Assembly (NCBI RefSeq): GCF_963921235.1
Contig: NC_086097.1
Location: 38,752,001 to 38,816,000, forward strand
Source: Mobula hypostoma
Lineage: Eukaryota
Reading direction: 5' to 3'
Length of the DNA: 64,000 nucleotides
Below the pieces are notes generated by a model. The model was not told the DNA's origin, ran no database searches, and saw nothing but the letters and a program-made list of their open reading frames with translations. A program made the translations under genes and the position numbers. Shown here in pieces: positions 12,335 through 25,049 of the stretch (position 1 is its first letter; each line of letters starts with the position of its first letter).

Positions 12335-12715
12335 TCATTTATTGATAGGATCTGGGCATTGCCGGCAAGACCATTTTCTGCCCTCCCCAAACCGACTTTG
12401 ATAAACTGGTGGTGGACCAAATCTCTGGAGTCCTTCTGGTGAAGGTACTCTAGGTGACACCGGGTAGAGTTTTCCAGCGGGCGTTAAGAATTGGTGATAT
12501 ATTTCCTGCTCAGGATGCTGTGACATGGAAGGGAACCTGCTGATAGTGTTGTTTCTGTCAACTTGTCGTCCTGGCAATTTTGGGAGGTGACACTGAAATA
12601 GATGTTGGTGGATATGAACATCCATGGTGCAGACACAGTGCACCAGTGGCAGCTGGGACGTGCACCATGCAGGGCTCTCCAATTGGAATCCCAACAGAAG
12701 TGCTGAGAAAACTGA
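12335..12715 (-). mobile_element. Divergent CR1-group LINE 3' end (family of 9120-11400)
   Basis: Reverse-complement similarity to 10980-11400 (gatctgggcattgccggcaagacca..ggtgaaggtact..gaagggaacctgc). Confidence 0.6.
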
Positions 12716-12759
12716 CTAAGCCATCCCCCACAACCCCTCCCTCTCCCCCCCCCCACCCC

Positions 12760-13640
12760 ACACACACAGTGTTGGAGGAACTCAGCAAGTCAGGTAACGT
12801 CCATGGGATAAATAACTGATGTTTTGTGCATGACAAGTACTATGCCTGTCCCTACAGCCCCTCCCTCACTACCATTCAGGGCCCCAAACTGTCCTTCCAG
12901 GTGAGGCGACACCTTAGCTGCAAGTCTGTTTGGGTGATCTACTTTATCCGATGCTCCTGATGCAGCCACTTCTACATTGGTGAGACCCAATACAGATTGC
13001 CGAGCACCATCACTCTGCTGTAAAAGGCAGGATCTCCTGCTGGCTGCCCATTTCAATTTGACTTCCCATTCCCATTCCGTCATGTCAGTCCATGGCCTCC
13101 TCTACTGCCGTGATGAGGCCACACTCAGATTGGATGAGCAACATCTGGGGAACCTCCAACATGATGGATTTTCTAAGTTCCCGTAATTTCCCCCTCCTCC
13201 TTCCTTCTCTTTCTTTTCATTTCCCATTCTAGTTACCATCTCACTCCTTCTGCTCACCTGCACGTCATCTCTCTCTGGTTCTCCCGCTCCTTCCCTTTCT
13301 CCCATGGACAACTGTCCTCCCCTATTAGACTCCTTCTTCTTCAGCCCTTTTCCCTTTCCACCTATCCCCTTTCAGCTTCTTACTTCATCAACCCTCCCCC
13401 CACCTACCCACCTTCCACTTCACCTGGTCTCACCCATCACCTGCCAACTTTTACTCCTTCCCCTCACCCCACCTTCTTGTTCTGGCTTCTATCTCCTTCC
13501 TTTCTAGTCCTGATGAAAGGTCTTATCCTGCAATATCAACTGTTTATTCCCCTCCATACATACAGCCTGACTTCTGAGTTCCTCCAGCATATTGTGTGTA
13601 CTGTTCAAGATTTGCAACATCTGCAGGATGTCTTGTGTAT
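12760..13640 (+). mobile_element. Penelope-like element, 5'-truncated with inverted pLTR
   Basis: Inverted pLTR 12760-12825, then GIY-YIG remnant (YIGET..QDLLLAAHFN..DEATLRLDEQHL), UTR and pLTR 13505-13640. Confidence 0.85.
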
Positions 13641-13641
13641 G

Positions 13642-13853
13642 AAGTGGTCAGAAGGGCCTGTTACCATACAGTATGACTCTAGTCTATGATCTGAAATGGA
13701 TGCCACCAGCATGTAGATAATTAGATGCAGAAAACAGAGAATTGCAGTCTGAATTCCTGGAAGGATGGGATAGCATTAAAGAGAGTGCAGAAAAGATTAA
13801 CCAGGACCTTGCCAGGAATGGAGTGTCTTAGTTACAAGGGAGAGATTGGATAG
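13642..13853 (+). mobile_element. CR1 tail + spacer + CR1 RT fragment (module shared with 46875-47085)
   Basis: gaagggcctgttaccatacagtatgactct (CR1 tail), about 55 bp spacer, gagagtgcagaaaagattaaccagg (ERVQKRLTR-like). Confidence 0.65.
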
Positions 13854-14540
13854 CCCCCACACTGCTAAGAATTCTGCCATTAATTTTGTACCCTGTCTTG
13901 AATTGAACCCTCCAAACTCCTTTGCTTCTTACTTTTTTTTGGATTGGATATGAAGGATGAGGTGTTGCAAGCAGATTGTGGAGGACAGAGAGGATATTAA
14001 AAGAGCTGGACCGGATAATAGTAATTCTGTACATGCTTGAAATATGGTGCAGGTGGAAAAGTTTTAGATTCTAGGATCCAAAGTGCCTATGTCATAGAAA
14101 TATGAAAACATTATTTAAAAATTTGAATGGATGCAACTGATGATCACTGAGATTTTCAAATGCTTCAACACTAACTAAGACGCTGGCGGAGTAAAAAGTA
14201 TAGGAGTAAAATTCTTAAAGTGCACTGAAGACAACTTTCATAATCAGTACACAGCAAGCCTGGAGTCAGTCCTAGAGTGATCTTAAGGGAATGAAACTGG
14301 ATATGGAAGCAAATGGGAGAAAATTTTGGGGACAATGACAATGTCAAGTAGATATCGTTAGTTATGGAAAAGAGAAAGATTGAGCAGAGTAAAATTTCCA
14401 TAGTTGATAAGACCAATTTTATTAGGCTGAGGTAAGATTTAGCAAAAGTTGATTGCAGGTGGCGACTTGAAGACAAAAGTGTGTTGGAGCAAAGGGAGGA
14501 ACGGAGGGAAGAGACAATGAAGGCTCTGAAGAAACATGCA

Positions 14541-14866
14541 GTTCAAGATCAAGTCTAATTGTCATGTATACTGCTAAGCGAAACATCGCTCCTCTGAGGC
14601 AAGGTGTCGAACACAATATGTACACCCACACGCAGTCCACTGGGCATATACTTATGATAGCACACAGAGTCACAAAATAATATCAGCACAAGTCCCTGCG
14701 TGGCATGGCCTGAAGATCGATGGTACATGGGATGGTGTCCTGGAGCCATGTTTCTGCAACAACAAGCACACAGCAGTTCCTCATCTCACATTAGTGCAGC
14801 CGCAGATAAAGGCAACCCAGCTTGTCCTCCAGGGAGCAAACATTAGAGAGCAGCACCGACGGGAGA
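14541..14866 (-). mobile_element. Non-coding retroposon with Rex1-type tail nested in CR1
   Basis: Minus-strand tail atgacaattagacttgatcttgaac; body is not CR1; CR1 resumes at about 14867. Confidence 0.55.
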
Positions 14867-15216
14867 GTTTGCCTTTAGAAAATAAAAAGGTGGATGTCAC
14901 ATGAATATTGAGAATGATGTCAAGCAGGATAAAGCAAAAAAAAGTTTATAAAGATGGAGTTCAATATCAAAGAAAACCAGGAGGAATATAAAAGGTGCAG
15001 GGGTGAAAATAAAAAGGAAATCAGGAAGCAAAGAGGAACCATGAAAAATATATACAGGTGAAATTAAGAGAAATACTGCATTGTTCCATAAACAGCAGAA
15101 GAGAAGAACAACTAGACAGTAAAGAGAGAGTGTGATAAGACTCAAACACGACTGCCTGACTGAGGAGGTAAAGAATGTGTAAAATTCTGAAAGAAATCTT
15201 TACATCTGTCATAAAA

Positions 15217-15449
15217 GCAGCATGGTAGCTTGACGGTTAGCATAAAGCTATTACAGAGCCAGTGACCCAGGTTCAATTCCCACCACTGTCATAAGGAGTT
15301 TGTTTGTTCTCCCAGTGGCTGCGTGGGTTTCCTCCCACATTCTGAGGTCTGAACTATGGGTTAGTAGGTTAATTGGTCACATGGGTGTATTTTGGCCATG
15401 TGGGCTCACTGGGCTGGAAGAGCCTGTTACTGTGCTATATTTCTAAACA
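15217..15449 (+). mobile_element. tRNA-derived V-SINE (HE1-like)
   Basis: A-box-like tagcttgacgg, B-box ggttcaattcc, V-domain ggagtttgtttgttctccc..gcgtgggtttcctcccacattc, CR1-type tail. Confidence 0.85.
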
Positions 15450-16184
15450 AAAGGAGAATGGGCTTGATATCGATGCTAACACTGGAGGGAGAGTATCCTA
15501 AATATCGGAAAACATAAACTTTGAGAAATAAGACACATTAACCAGACTAGCTGCATTAAGTGACCTAGATAAAATGTATTCTAGGTTGTTAAAAGAAGTA
15601 ACAGAGGAAAGTGCACAGACTGTGATTATCATCTTTCAATGCTCTTTCCCTTCAGGCATGTGTCAGAAGAGTGGAAGGTTACTGATTGTTATCATTATTT
15701 ATAAAGAAAAGGCGTAGACAGGCCAGTCAGTCTGACATCGACAGTGGACAAATTGTTGGAAAAAATTATGAGGGATGGCATGTACTGGATGGCACTTGAG
15801 AAGATATAGGTTAAGCAAGGACAGTCAACATGGACTTTAAAGAAGCATCATATCAAACAAATGAACTTTTTGGGGATGTGACAAAGATTATTGATAAAAC
15901 AAGATAATTTGAAGTACTATATGCAGATGACAACAAAGTGTTTGGCAAAGTTCAACACAGCAACTTAATCAAGGAAGTAAAAATCCAAGCAATACATGGG
16001 AAATTGGCAAGTTGACTCAGTGACAGAAAGCAAAAGTGAATTGTCAACCAGAATTTCAGCGACTGAAGCGTTATATACAGTGAGGTTTGTTGCAAAATAC
16101 TAGGTCCTTTGCGTTCTGTGCTGTATGTAAATGATTTGGTCTTAAATGTAGGAACCACAGGAAAGAAGTTTGCAAATGATAACT

Positions 16185-16600
16185 TTTCCCAGTTCTGATG
16201 AAAGGTAATTGACCAGAAATATTATTTACTTATTTATTGAGATATACAGTGCTGAACAGGCCTTTCCAGCTGAACAAGCCACACTGCCCAGCAACCTGCC
16301 TATTTAAACCTGCTCTAATCACAGGACAATTTACCAACTAACCAGTACGTCTCTAGATTATGGGAGAAAATCAGAGCACTCGGAGGAAACCCATGCACTC
16401 ACGGGAAGGATGTACAAACTTCTTACAGAGGACACCTGAATTGAACTCTGAGCTCTGAATGCCCTGAGCTGTCTCAATAACTATTCTACCATGGCACCTA
16501 CTCTGTCTCTCCGCACAGATACTATCTGATCTGCCGAGTATTTCTGGCACTTTCCAGCTTTTATTTCAGATGTGCAGCACCTGCAGTTTATTTTTTAAAT
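16185..16600 (+). mobile_element. Penelope pLTR split by a V-SINE
   Basis: cagttctgatgaaaggtaattgaccagaaatatt, then SINE, then resumes acagatactatctgatctgccgagtatttctggc. Confidence 0.65.
16224..16498 (-). mobile_element. tRNA-derived V-SINE
   Basis: ggaggaaacccatgcactcacgggaaggatgtacaaact is the V-domain reverse complement; (tatt)n tail. Confidence 0.8.
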
Positions 16601-16779
16601 TTGTTTTTTTTCAATAATTTGTGAAAAGCTTGCCAAACTGGATTACACTTCCTGCAGGAACTGAAGTAGTGGATAGAGAAACTTCAGCACATATTATTTA
16701 CATGGACATCCAGAAAGTGTCTGATAAAATTCCTCATAAACATTTGTTTGTAGAAATACTCGCTCATGTAACTGCAAGC

Positions 16780-17947
16780 AAGTTCAAAATTCAAAGTAAA
16801 TTTATTATCGAAGTATATCACCATACAACCTTGACATTCATCTCCCTGTGGGTGTTCATAGTAAGTACAATAGAGTCAACGAAAGACTACCCCAACAGGA
16901 CAGACAACCACCGTACAAAAGACAACAAACTGTACAAGTACAAAAAGAAAGAAAAACTAAAATAATAATATTAATAATAAATAAATAAGCAGCAAATATT
17001 GAGAACATGATATGAAGAGCCCTTGAAAGTGAGTCCATAGGTTGTGGGAACATTTCAGTGATGGGATGAGTGAAGTTAATCCTCTGGTTCAAGATCCTGT
17101 TGGCTGAGGGGTAATAACTATTCCTGGACCTGGTGGTGTGGGTCCTGGAGCTCCTATATCTCCTTCAGGATAGCAGCAGTGAGAAGACAGCATGGCCCAG
17201 ATGGTGGGGGTCCTTGATGATGGATGCTGCTTTCCTGCAACAGCGCTCCCTGTAGATAAGCACAATGGTGGGGAGGGCTTTACCTGTGATGGAATGGGCT
17301 GTATCCACTAATTTTTAGCTTTTCCATTTGAGGGCATTGGTGTTTCCATACCAGGCTGTGATGCAGCTGGTCAATATACTCTTCACTGCTCATGAATAGA
17401 AGTTGGTCAAAGTTTTAGATGATATGCAGAATCTTTGCAAACTTTTAAGAAAGTAGAGGTGCAGCTCTGCTTTCTTCATAATGGCACTTACGTGCTGGAC
17501 CCAAGACGGATCACCTGAAATGATAACACAAGGGAATTTAAAGTTGCTGACCCTCCCCACCTCTGATGCCCCAGTGAGGACTGGTCATAGACCACTGGTT
17601 TCCTCCTTCTGAAGTCAATAAACAGCTCCTTGAATTGGCTGACACTGAGTGAGAGGCTGTTGTTATGACACCATTCAGCCAGATTTTCAGTTTCCTCCCT
17701 ATAAGCTGATTCATCACCATCTTTGATTCGGCCAACGATAGTGGTGTCGTCAGCAAATTTAAATATGGCATTGGAGTTGTGCTTAGCCCCACAGCCATAA
17801 GTACTGTATAAAGCGAGTAGAGCAGAGGGCTAAGCACACAGCATGCTGATACACCTGTGCCAATGGAGATTGTGGAGGAAAACCAAACTGACTGGGGTGT
17901 ATAGGTGAGGAAGTATTGAGGCCAAGGTCTGGAAGCTTATTGATTAG
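16780..17947 (-). mobile_element. Rex1/Babar-type LINE, 5'-truncated
   Basis: LSPLLYSLYT, KFADDTT on minus strand at 17740-17760, HHPSGPC/GRRY region, tail at 16780-16830. Confidence 0.88.
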
Positions 17948-18899
17948 CCGGCTGATAACCCAATTAGAAAGTTACTAGGCAGAAGAAGGCAGAAAGAGGC
18001 AGAACAATGGGAGATATTCAAAATATCGCTCAGCCAAAACTAAGAAAATAGGACACAGAGTTATGCTCAGTTATGTTCTGTAAATAACCCTGAATGAAAC
18101 CACTACTCATCCAGTTCTAACAAGTTTCATTGTTTTTCTCTTTTTTTCTCATTGTAGAATTCCCAGTACGTTTCAATGTTCTTCTTATTAGTCTCACTTG
18201 TGCATCAGGAAGCTCTTTAAAAACAGTTTTTTAGACTTTTCTCAAACAAGTACCATGCTCTCAGCTCAATGAGAAAATGAGACTGAGGTTTGAGTTGGAA
18301 AAGCAAGTGTCTATTCTAAGGTGACTTTAATATAAGAAAATGTTCCAAACCAGTTTACAAGAATGTTTTGAAAAAAATATATATTTGCCTACAAGAACTC
18401 AACAATTAGCCACAAATATTCATATATTTTTAAAGCTTGTAAGTTAGTAATATATTTGTGTTGTTATTAATGCTATTGAAAATGAAAAATCATTTTACAT
18501 TTAGGTATCAGTATTGTTGTTTCAAGTTTTTCATATTGGTCATTACTTCCTTCCTCTGGAAATTCATAAATTAATTCATTATTCAGAGGGAAAAAAAGAT
18601 AGCTCCATAGAACAAAATTTGATGACTACAATGACAAATTTAAATGTGTTTTTTTGACAGTACAGTTTTAACAAGCTATCTCATGTCATTTACTCTATGC
18701 AAAAGTCACTTGTTGCCATTGGAGGAAAAAAGCTGGGAAGGTCTGGAACTATCTGGAAGGTAGTTGTCTGACCAAGGAGGTACGGTGACCAAGGAGAGGA
18801 GGCAGAGCTACAAGTCTGTAATCTTCCTTTGGTCAGTTCAATGCTGATTGTCCTTCAGCAAAAAAGAACAAGATAGAGTGCCTATAAAAAGTATTCACT

Positions 18900-19650
18900 T
18901 CAGAAAGGGTAAGACGAAGGAACACAAACCATACCTCATAGAGGGATCAGAAATGGAGAGAGTGAGCAATTTCAAATTCCTGGTTGTCAAAATCTCTGAG
19001 GATCTAACCTGATTCCAATATATCAATGCAGCTATAAAGAAGGCAAGACAGCAGATGTATTTCATCAGGAGTTGAAGAGATTTGGTTTGTCAACTAAAAC
19101 ACTCGAAAACTTCTATAGCTCTACCATGGAGAGCATTTTGATAGGCCGCATCACTGTCTGGTACGGTGTTGGGGGGGGGGCGCAGTGGTGGTTGGTGCAC
19201 AAGATCAAAAGAAGCTACAAAAAGTTGTAAAATTAGTCAGCTCCATCTTGGGTACTAGTCTCTGTAATATCCAAGATCTCTTCAAGGAGCAGCACCTCAG
19301 AAAGTCGACGTCCATCGTTAAAGACCCCCATCACCCAGGACATGTCCTCTTCTCATTGTTACCATCAGGAAGGAGGTACAGAAGCCTGAAGACACACATT
19401 CAGCGATTCAGGAACAGCTTCTTCCCCATCCAATTCCTAAATGGACATTGAACCCTTGAACACTACTTCACTTTTAAAAAATATATTATTTCTGTTTTTG
19501 CACTATTTTAAATTTAACTATTTAATATACATATATATACTTATTGTAATTGATTTACTTTTCTCTATATTATCATGTATTATATTGTACTACTGCTGAT
19601 AAGTTAACAAATTTTATGACACATCCTGGCAATAATAAACCTGATTCTGA
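18900..19650 (+). mobile_element. Rex1/Babar-type LINE 3' part
   Basis: ERVSNFKFL, KKARQQMYFIR, DPHHPGHVLFSLLPSGRRYRSLKTHIQRFRNSFFP; tail aataaacctgattctga. Confidence 0.9.
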
Positions 19651-19709
19651 GAAAGAGAGAGATCGATAGAAATAGAGAAAGATAGATAGATAGAGAAGGA
19701 GAGAGAGAC
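19651..19709. repeat. (GA)/(GATA) microsatellite
   Basis: Directly visible purine repeat following the LINE tail. Confidence 0.8.
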
Positions 19710-21160
19710 TGCAGGCTCATATACAAAGCTGGCTCAAAGCACCTTGCAGTTTTTAAAATGAGCTTGCTGCCACAGATTTATTTGCCACTTAGCCACTAGA
19801 AATTTAGCATTATTTAAAAATAATGTAATATTTAACTTTTCACTGCAACTAATATTTCAATTCCATCTTCCTAGCTTGTCTTTCTTTCACTGTTAGTTGA
19901 TATTCTGCAGGTTAAATGCTAATAGCTGTGCTCCAGTAGTAGGAACATAGGAAGATTGAGATCACATAGACATTCAGCCTCTGGGTCTGCTGCACGATTC
20001 AATTAGTTGAGAGTAGATCTTACTGTGGTTCAGACAATATAATTATTGTACTAATAAATTGTTGTAAGCAACATTAGAGATATTAAATTAAGTTTGAGAT
20101 GGGATATAAAGAATATAAATGCTGCTGTTATACTGTGTGCCACTGGTAAAACAACAGACCCTCCCTCCCAGCTGGAAAAGTAAAACGTTAATTCCTCTGT
20201 CAATGCACAAATGTATTTTGTCTCTATTTTTTTCTTTCTTCTAATTTTATCTTTATATTCTTAAAGTAGTTCATAATTCTAATGTGTTTTTAAAATTTAT
20301 TTTTGATTTTTCATTTGTGCATTTTAACAATTCAGATTTTGATATTTTTAACAATTCCAATTTAAAAGCATTTTATTCTAATTTGATGATTTTATGGTTG
20401 AAATATCCTCAACAAAGTGCAAGAGTTTTCAATCTCCCTAGCTACGGTGGGGATGTATTTTCTAGATCAAAGTACAACTTGTGTAGGATTATTGTAAATG
20501 TGTGCTGACAGTCAGCAGAGACTCAGCCAGCCAAAAGCTGAGTTTCCATGCTGTCTGACTCTGCAAATTGAAGATACTAGTACTTTCTTCAACAACTATA
20601 TCAATTAAACCATAAGAAAGCCTTTATTTTGACAGAGTGTCTCTGCTCCTGATGTGGCTTTATGAAAACGGATAACCAAATCAAAAGAGAGGATTACGCC
20701 CATTTGTTTTTTTAATGCTCCACCTGAAGATTATTATTCACTAATGGTAAGTGCCATCAGCTCAAAGAGAAAGTGCATTTTTCTGGCTAGAGGCTGACTT
20801 TAGAATGCTCCTTTTGTCGTGCCAATTCATAACTCCATCCCTCGCACGCTCACTTTCTGGCCATTTACACAGCCAGGAGTTACAGCCTGACCAGGAGGTA
20901 TAGAAGAGTGTGACGAAAGGTGAAGATAAAGTACTAAAAAAACTTCAGTTGTTACACTAAATATCACCTGCATCTGACCTGATCATAGTCAACCCAAACC
21001 GAGGAACTTAAAATGCTTTCCTGCTTTGAGCTCCCAAGCTCTGAAAATTTAGTAATTGCCAAAGCATTGTTTGCATGCAGTAATACTAAGCTGCACCCAG
21101 CAAACTAAGCTGCCCATGGTCCAAGTCAACTTGACAAAGAAGATTTTTTTAGAATATATA

Positions 21161-21227
21161 CCATACTGGTCAAAAGCCTTAGGCACATATATATAGCTCG
21201 GGTGCCTAAGACTTCTGCACAGTACTG
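21161..21227. mobile_element. 67 bp Tc1-type MITE
   Basis: TA-flanked 26 bp TIRs (20/26 match) ccatactggtcaaaagccttaggcac / gtgcctaagacttctgcacagtactg with 15 bp spacer. Confidence 0.75.
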
Positions 21228-21895
21228 TAGTAATTTAATGTATTGCACTGTACTGCTGCTGCAAAAAAAATCAAATTTTATGACATATGTAAGTAATGAT
21301 AAACCTCATTCTGATATGGGTCTCTATTGTGGACTGGGACAAGGGAATCATGGTTGGGAAAAGGGAAAGGGAGAGGGAGAGGGAAGGGAATGGGAAGAAC
21401 CAGTAAGACTTTCTGGAATGATCAATAAACCAATTATTTGGAATCAACTGACCTTGCTTGGTGTCTCAGGGCTGGTTATGCCTGCACCCACACCATCTCC
21501 ACCACCCCCCACCTCTGGCACTCTTTTTCTGCCACCTGTCCCACACCCCTCCTGCGGCGCTCCACCCTCGACATTCCCGACATCCTTTGCTCCAGCCAGA
21601 TTTACAAATTCATACATATCTGTGCACTGAGGTGGAGAAACATCACTCAATAATTACAGCCACTAGCCCAGAGATGACACCACAAGTAATATAGTGGATA
21701 GTTTAGAGATACGTTGTGCACGTGACTAGTTGGCGGGCCAGGGCAGTGGGTAAGGATAGTCCCAGTGCGGGGGTGTGGAGTACAAAAAAAAGTTGCATAC
21801 ACTTGGCTTCCTCCCTTCATTAACTCTCAGTTATAATTCCATTGGCATTCATGACACTTCGGATCTTAATTTGGCAATCAATGTGAGGATCCAGG

Positions 21896-23570
21896 TAGAC
21901 ATAGAACATAGAATAGTACAGCACAGTACAGGCCCTTCGGCCCACATTGTTGTGCCGACCCTCAAACCCTGCCTCCCATATAAGCCCCCACCTTAAATTC
22001 CTCCATATACCTGTCTAGTTGTCTCTTAAATTTCACTAGTGTATCTGCCTCCACCACTGACTCAGGCACTGCATTCCACGCACCAACCACTCTCTGAGTA
22101 AAAAACCTTCCCCTAATATCTCCCTTGAATTTCCCACCCCTTACCTTAAAGCCATGTCCTCTTGTATTGAGCAGTGGTGCCCTGGGGAAGAGGCGCTGGC
22201 TATCTACTCTATCTATTCCTCTTAATATCTTGTATACCTCTATCATGTATCCTCTCATCCTCCTTCTCTCCAGTGAATAAAGCCCTAGCTCCCTTAATCT
22301 CTGATCATAATGCATACTCTCTAAACCAGGCAGCATCCTGGTAAATCTCCTCTGTACCCTTTCCAATGCTTCCACATCCTTCCTATAGTGAGGTGACCAG
22401 AACTGGACACAGTACTCCAAGTGTGGCCTAACCAGAGTTTTATAGAGCTGCATCTTTAGCCCAAACTCTGTCCCTCGACTTATGAAAGCTAACACCCCAT
22501 AAGCTTTCTTAACTACCCTAACTACCTGTGAGGCAACTTTCAGGGATCTGTGGACATGTACCCCCAGATCCCTCTGCTCCTCCACACTACCAAGTATCCT
22601 GCCATTTACTTTGTACTCTGCCTTGGAGTTTGTCCTTCCAAAGTGTACCACCTCACACTTCACACGAGGAATTCTGCAGATGCTGGAAATTCAAGCAACA
22701 CACATCGAAGTTGCTTGACGCAGGGTCTCAGCCCGAAACGTCAGCTGTACCTTTTCCTAGAGATGCTGCCTGGCCTGCTGTGTTCGCCAGCAACTTTGAT
22801 GTGTGTCACCTCACACTTCTCCTGGTTGAACTCCATCTGCCACTTCTCAGCCCACTTCGGCATCTTATCAATGTCTCTCTGCAATCTTCGACAATCCTGT
22901 ACACTATCCACAACACCATCAACCTTTGTGTCATCTGCAAACTTACCAACCCACCCTTCTACCCCCACATCCAGGTCGTTATTAAAAATCACGAAAAGTA
23001 GAGGTCCCAGAACCGATCCTTGTGGGACACCACTAGTCACAACCCTCCAATCCGACTGTACTCCCTCCACCACGACCCTCTGCCTTCTGCAGGCAAGCCA
23101 ATTCTGAATCCACCTGGCCAAACTTCCCTGGATCCCATGCCTTCTAACTTTCTGAATAAGCCTACCATGTGGAACCTTGTCAAATGCCTCACTAAAATCC
23201 ATATAGATTACATCCACTGCACTACCCTCATCTATATGCCTGGTCACCTCCTCAGAGAACTCTATCAGGCTTGTTAGACACGATCTGCCCTTCAGAAAAC
23301 CATGCTGACTGTCCCTGATCAGACCATGATTCTCTAAATGCCCAGAGATCCTATCTCTAAGAATCTTTTCCAACAGCTTTCCCACCACAGACGTATGGTT
23401 CACTAGTCTATAATTACCCAGACTATCCCTACTACCTTTTTTGAACAAGGAGACAACATTCACCTCCCTCCAATCCTCTGGTACCATTCCCGTGGACAAC
23501 GAGGACATGAAGATCCTAGCCAGAGGCTCAGCAATCTCTTCCCTCGCCTCGTGGAGCAGCCTGGGGAACA
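21896..23570 (-). mobile_element. CR1 LINE, young, 5'-truncated RT
   Basis: ORFs 22741-23601 (SQHGFLKGRSCLT, GVPQGSVLGP, FADD) and 21962-22663 form one RT split by a mini-PLE; (ttctatg)n tail. Confidence 0.95.
22662..22806. mobile_element. 145 bp mini Penelope-derived fold-back insertion
   Basis: 13 bp TSD cacctcacacttc at 22649-22661 and 22807-22819 inside CR1 codons KCEVVH; consists only of two inverted pLTR ends. Confidence 0.92.
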
Positions 23571-24890
23571 TGACCCTCACAGTGTCGCCCTGCTTATCCA
23601 AATGGGAGTGTTCTCTGTTCAGCAGGTAGATGACAGCATCACCAAACCCAGTGTGCTCCTGGTAGGCAAACTGCAGGGGATCAAGTTCTGATCTGACCAG
23701 GGATCAGAGGTGAGCTAGGACCAGCCTCTCTGGGATCTTCATGAGATAGGACGGTAGTCATTCAAGGCTTTTGGTTGACCCTTCTTGGGTGCTGGGACGG
23801 CAGGTGGTGTTTTCCACACAGTCAGGATTCTTTGCAGGCTTAGACTCAGATTGAAAATGTGCTGAAGAACTCCACACAGCTGCTCAGCACACTCCTTCAG
23901 GACCTTGGGCTTCACACCCAATGCTTTGCAGTGCCTGAGTTTCCCCAAAGCCCTTCTCACTTGCTCAGTAGTGAAGGTGAGTCCATGATGACTGGGGAGT
24001 TGGTAGAAGGTGAGGGACGGGGGAGGTGAAGATCAGGACAATAGCAGTTGGTATGTGGAGGTGTGGATAGTAGATGCAGGGCAAAGAGGGGATGTAGACA
24101 GCAGTAGCCTTTGTTGTTCATCCAAGTGTTGAACTGGAGGGGAGAGGAGGGAGGAGGGGAGCCGATGGTGCTAAGGGAGCTTTGGGTGCCTCTGCACCTG
24201 GACTGGTGTGCTGAGGGGGGTGTGAACAGGAGGGCAATTATCAAACCTATTGAAAAATTGGTTTAACTCATTAGCCCACTCACAGCTGCATCCCAAAGCT
24301 CTACAGCGAGGCTGATTGAAGCCAGCAATGTTCTTCATGTCTCTCCACACCTCAGCCCAACTTGTTCTCCAGCTCTCTCCTGTATTCCTTTCTCGCCACC
24401 TTGATCTTCTGCTTTAGCTCCCTCTGCACATGCTTCAACTCCTCCTTGTATCCTAAATTAAAGGCACTCTTTTTGTGGTTGAGAAGAGCCTTCAGATCTC
24501 TGGTGACCCATGTTTTGTTGTTAGGGAAGCAGCAAACAGTCCTTGAAGGTAATACAGTGTCCACACAGAAATTGATGCAATCAGCAAGTCCGTTACTGTC
24601 CTCCCCATGTGGTTCACAAAGCACATTCCAGACAGTAACCTCAAAGCAGCCCTTCAAGGCCTTGGTGACCTCTGGAGACCATTTTTCTTCATAGTAATCT
24701 TGGTGGTAACTAGCTGTTGCTGTAGTTTGGGCTTATACAAGGGCATGAACTGAACCAGGTGGTTGTGATCTGATCTTCCAAGTGGGGCAAGAGCTGTGGA
24801 GCTGTGTGCACCTTTAATATTTGCATACAAGAGATCTAGTGTTTTATTTTCTCTTGTTTGACAATTGACAAATCGATCAAGGCTGAACAA
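23567..24890 (-). mobile_element. Rex1/Babar-type LINE EN-RT internal fragment
   Basis: TRENKTLDLLYANIKGA..LGRSDHN, CINFCVDTVLPSRTVCCFPNNKTW, LKECAEQLCGVLQHIFNLSL, LNDYRP, DPLQFAY, VRVMF. Confidence 0.88.
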
Positions 24891-25049
24891 ACTGAATAAA
24901 CTGGCACTTGAATCCATTAATTTTCATTGCTGATCCAAGTTACCTCAGTCAATTGGAACAGCGTTCATTTGCAAAAACTACTGTCTATAAGGGGCCATAT
25001 TTAATGAGATGTTTCCTTTTGAACTGCTGGCATCACTGGAAAGGTTGGC

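Larger units (their letters stand above)
14100..16182 (+). mobile_element. Old CR1 ORF2 (EN-RT) pseudogene, multiply interrupted
   Basis: Remnants RPVSLTSTVDKLLEKIMRDG, SQHG, SILGPL..YVNDL, KKFAND; many stops and frameshifts. Confidence 0.75.

Noticed and set aside
15217..15290. tRNA gene
   Set aside because: tRNA-like head continues into V-domain and LINE tail, so it is a SINE; no cloverleaf
18878..18899. Tc1 TIR-like agtgcctataaaaagtattcac
   Set aside because: Only a 22 bp orphan end truncated by a Rex1 insertion; too short to call as an element
20636..20746. Plus-strand segment with strong acceptor and GTAAGT donor
   Set aside because: Stops in all three frames and no partner exon; likely pseudo-exon
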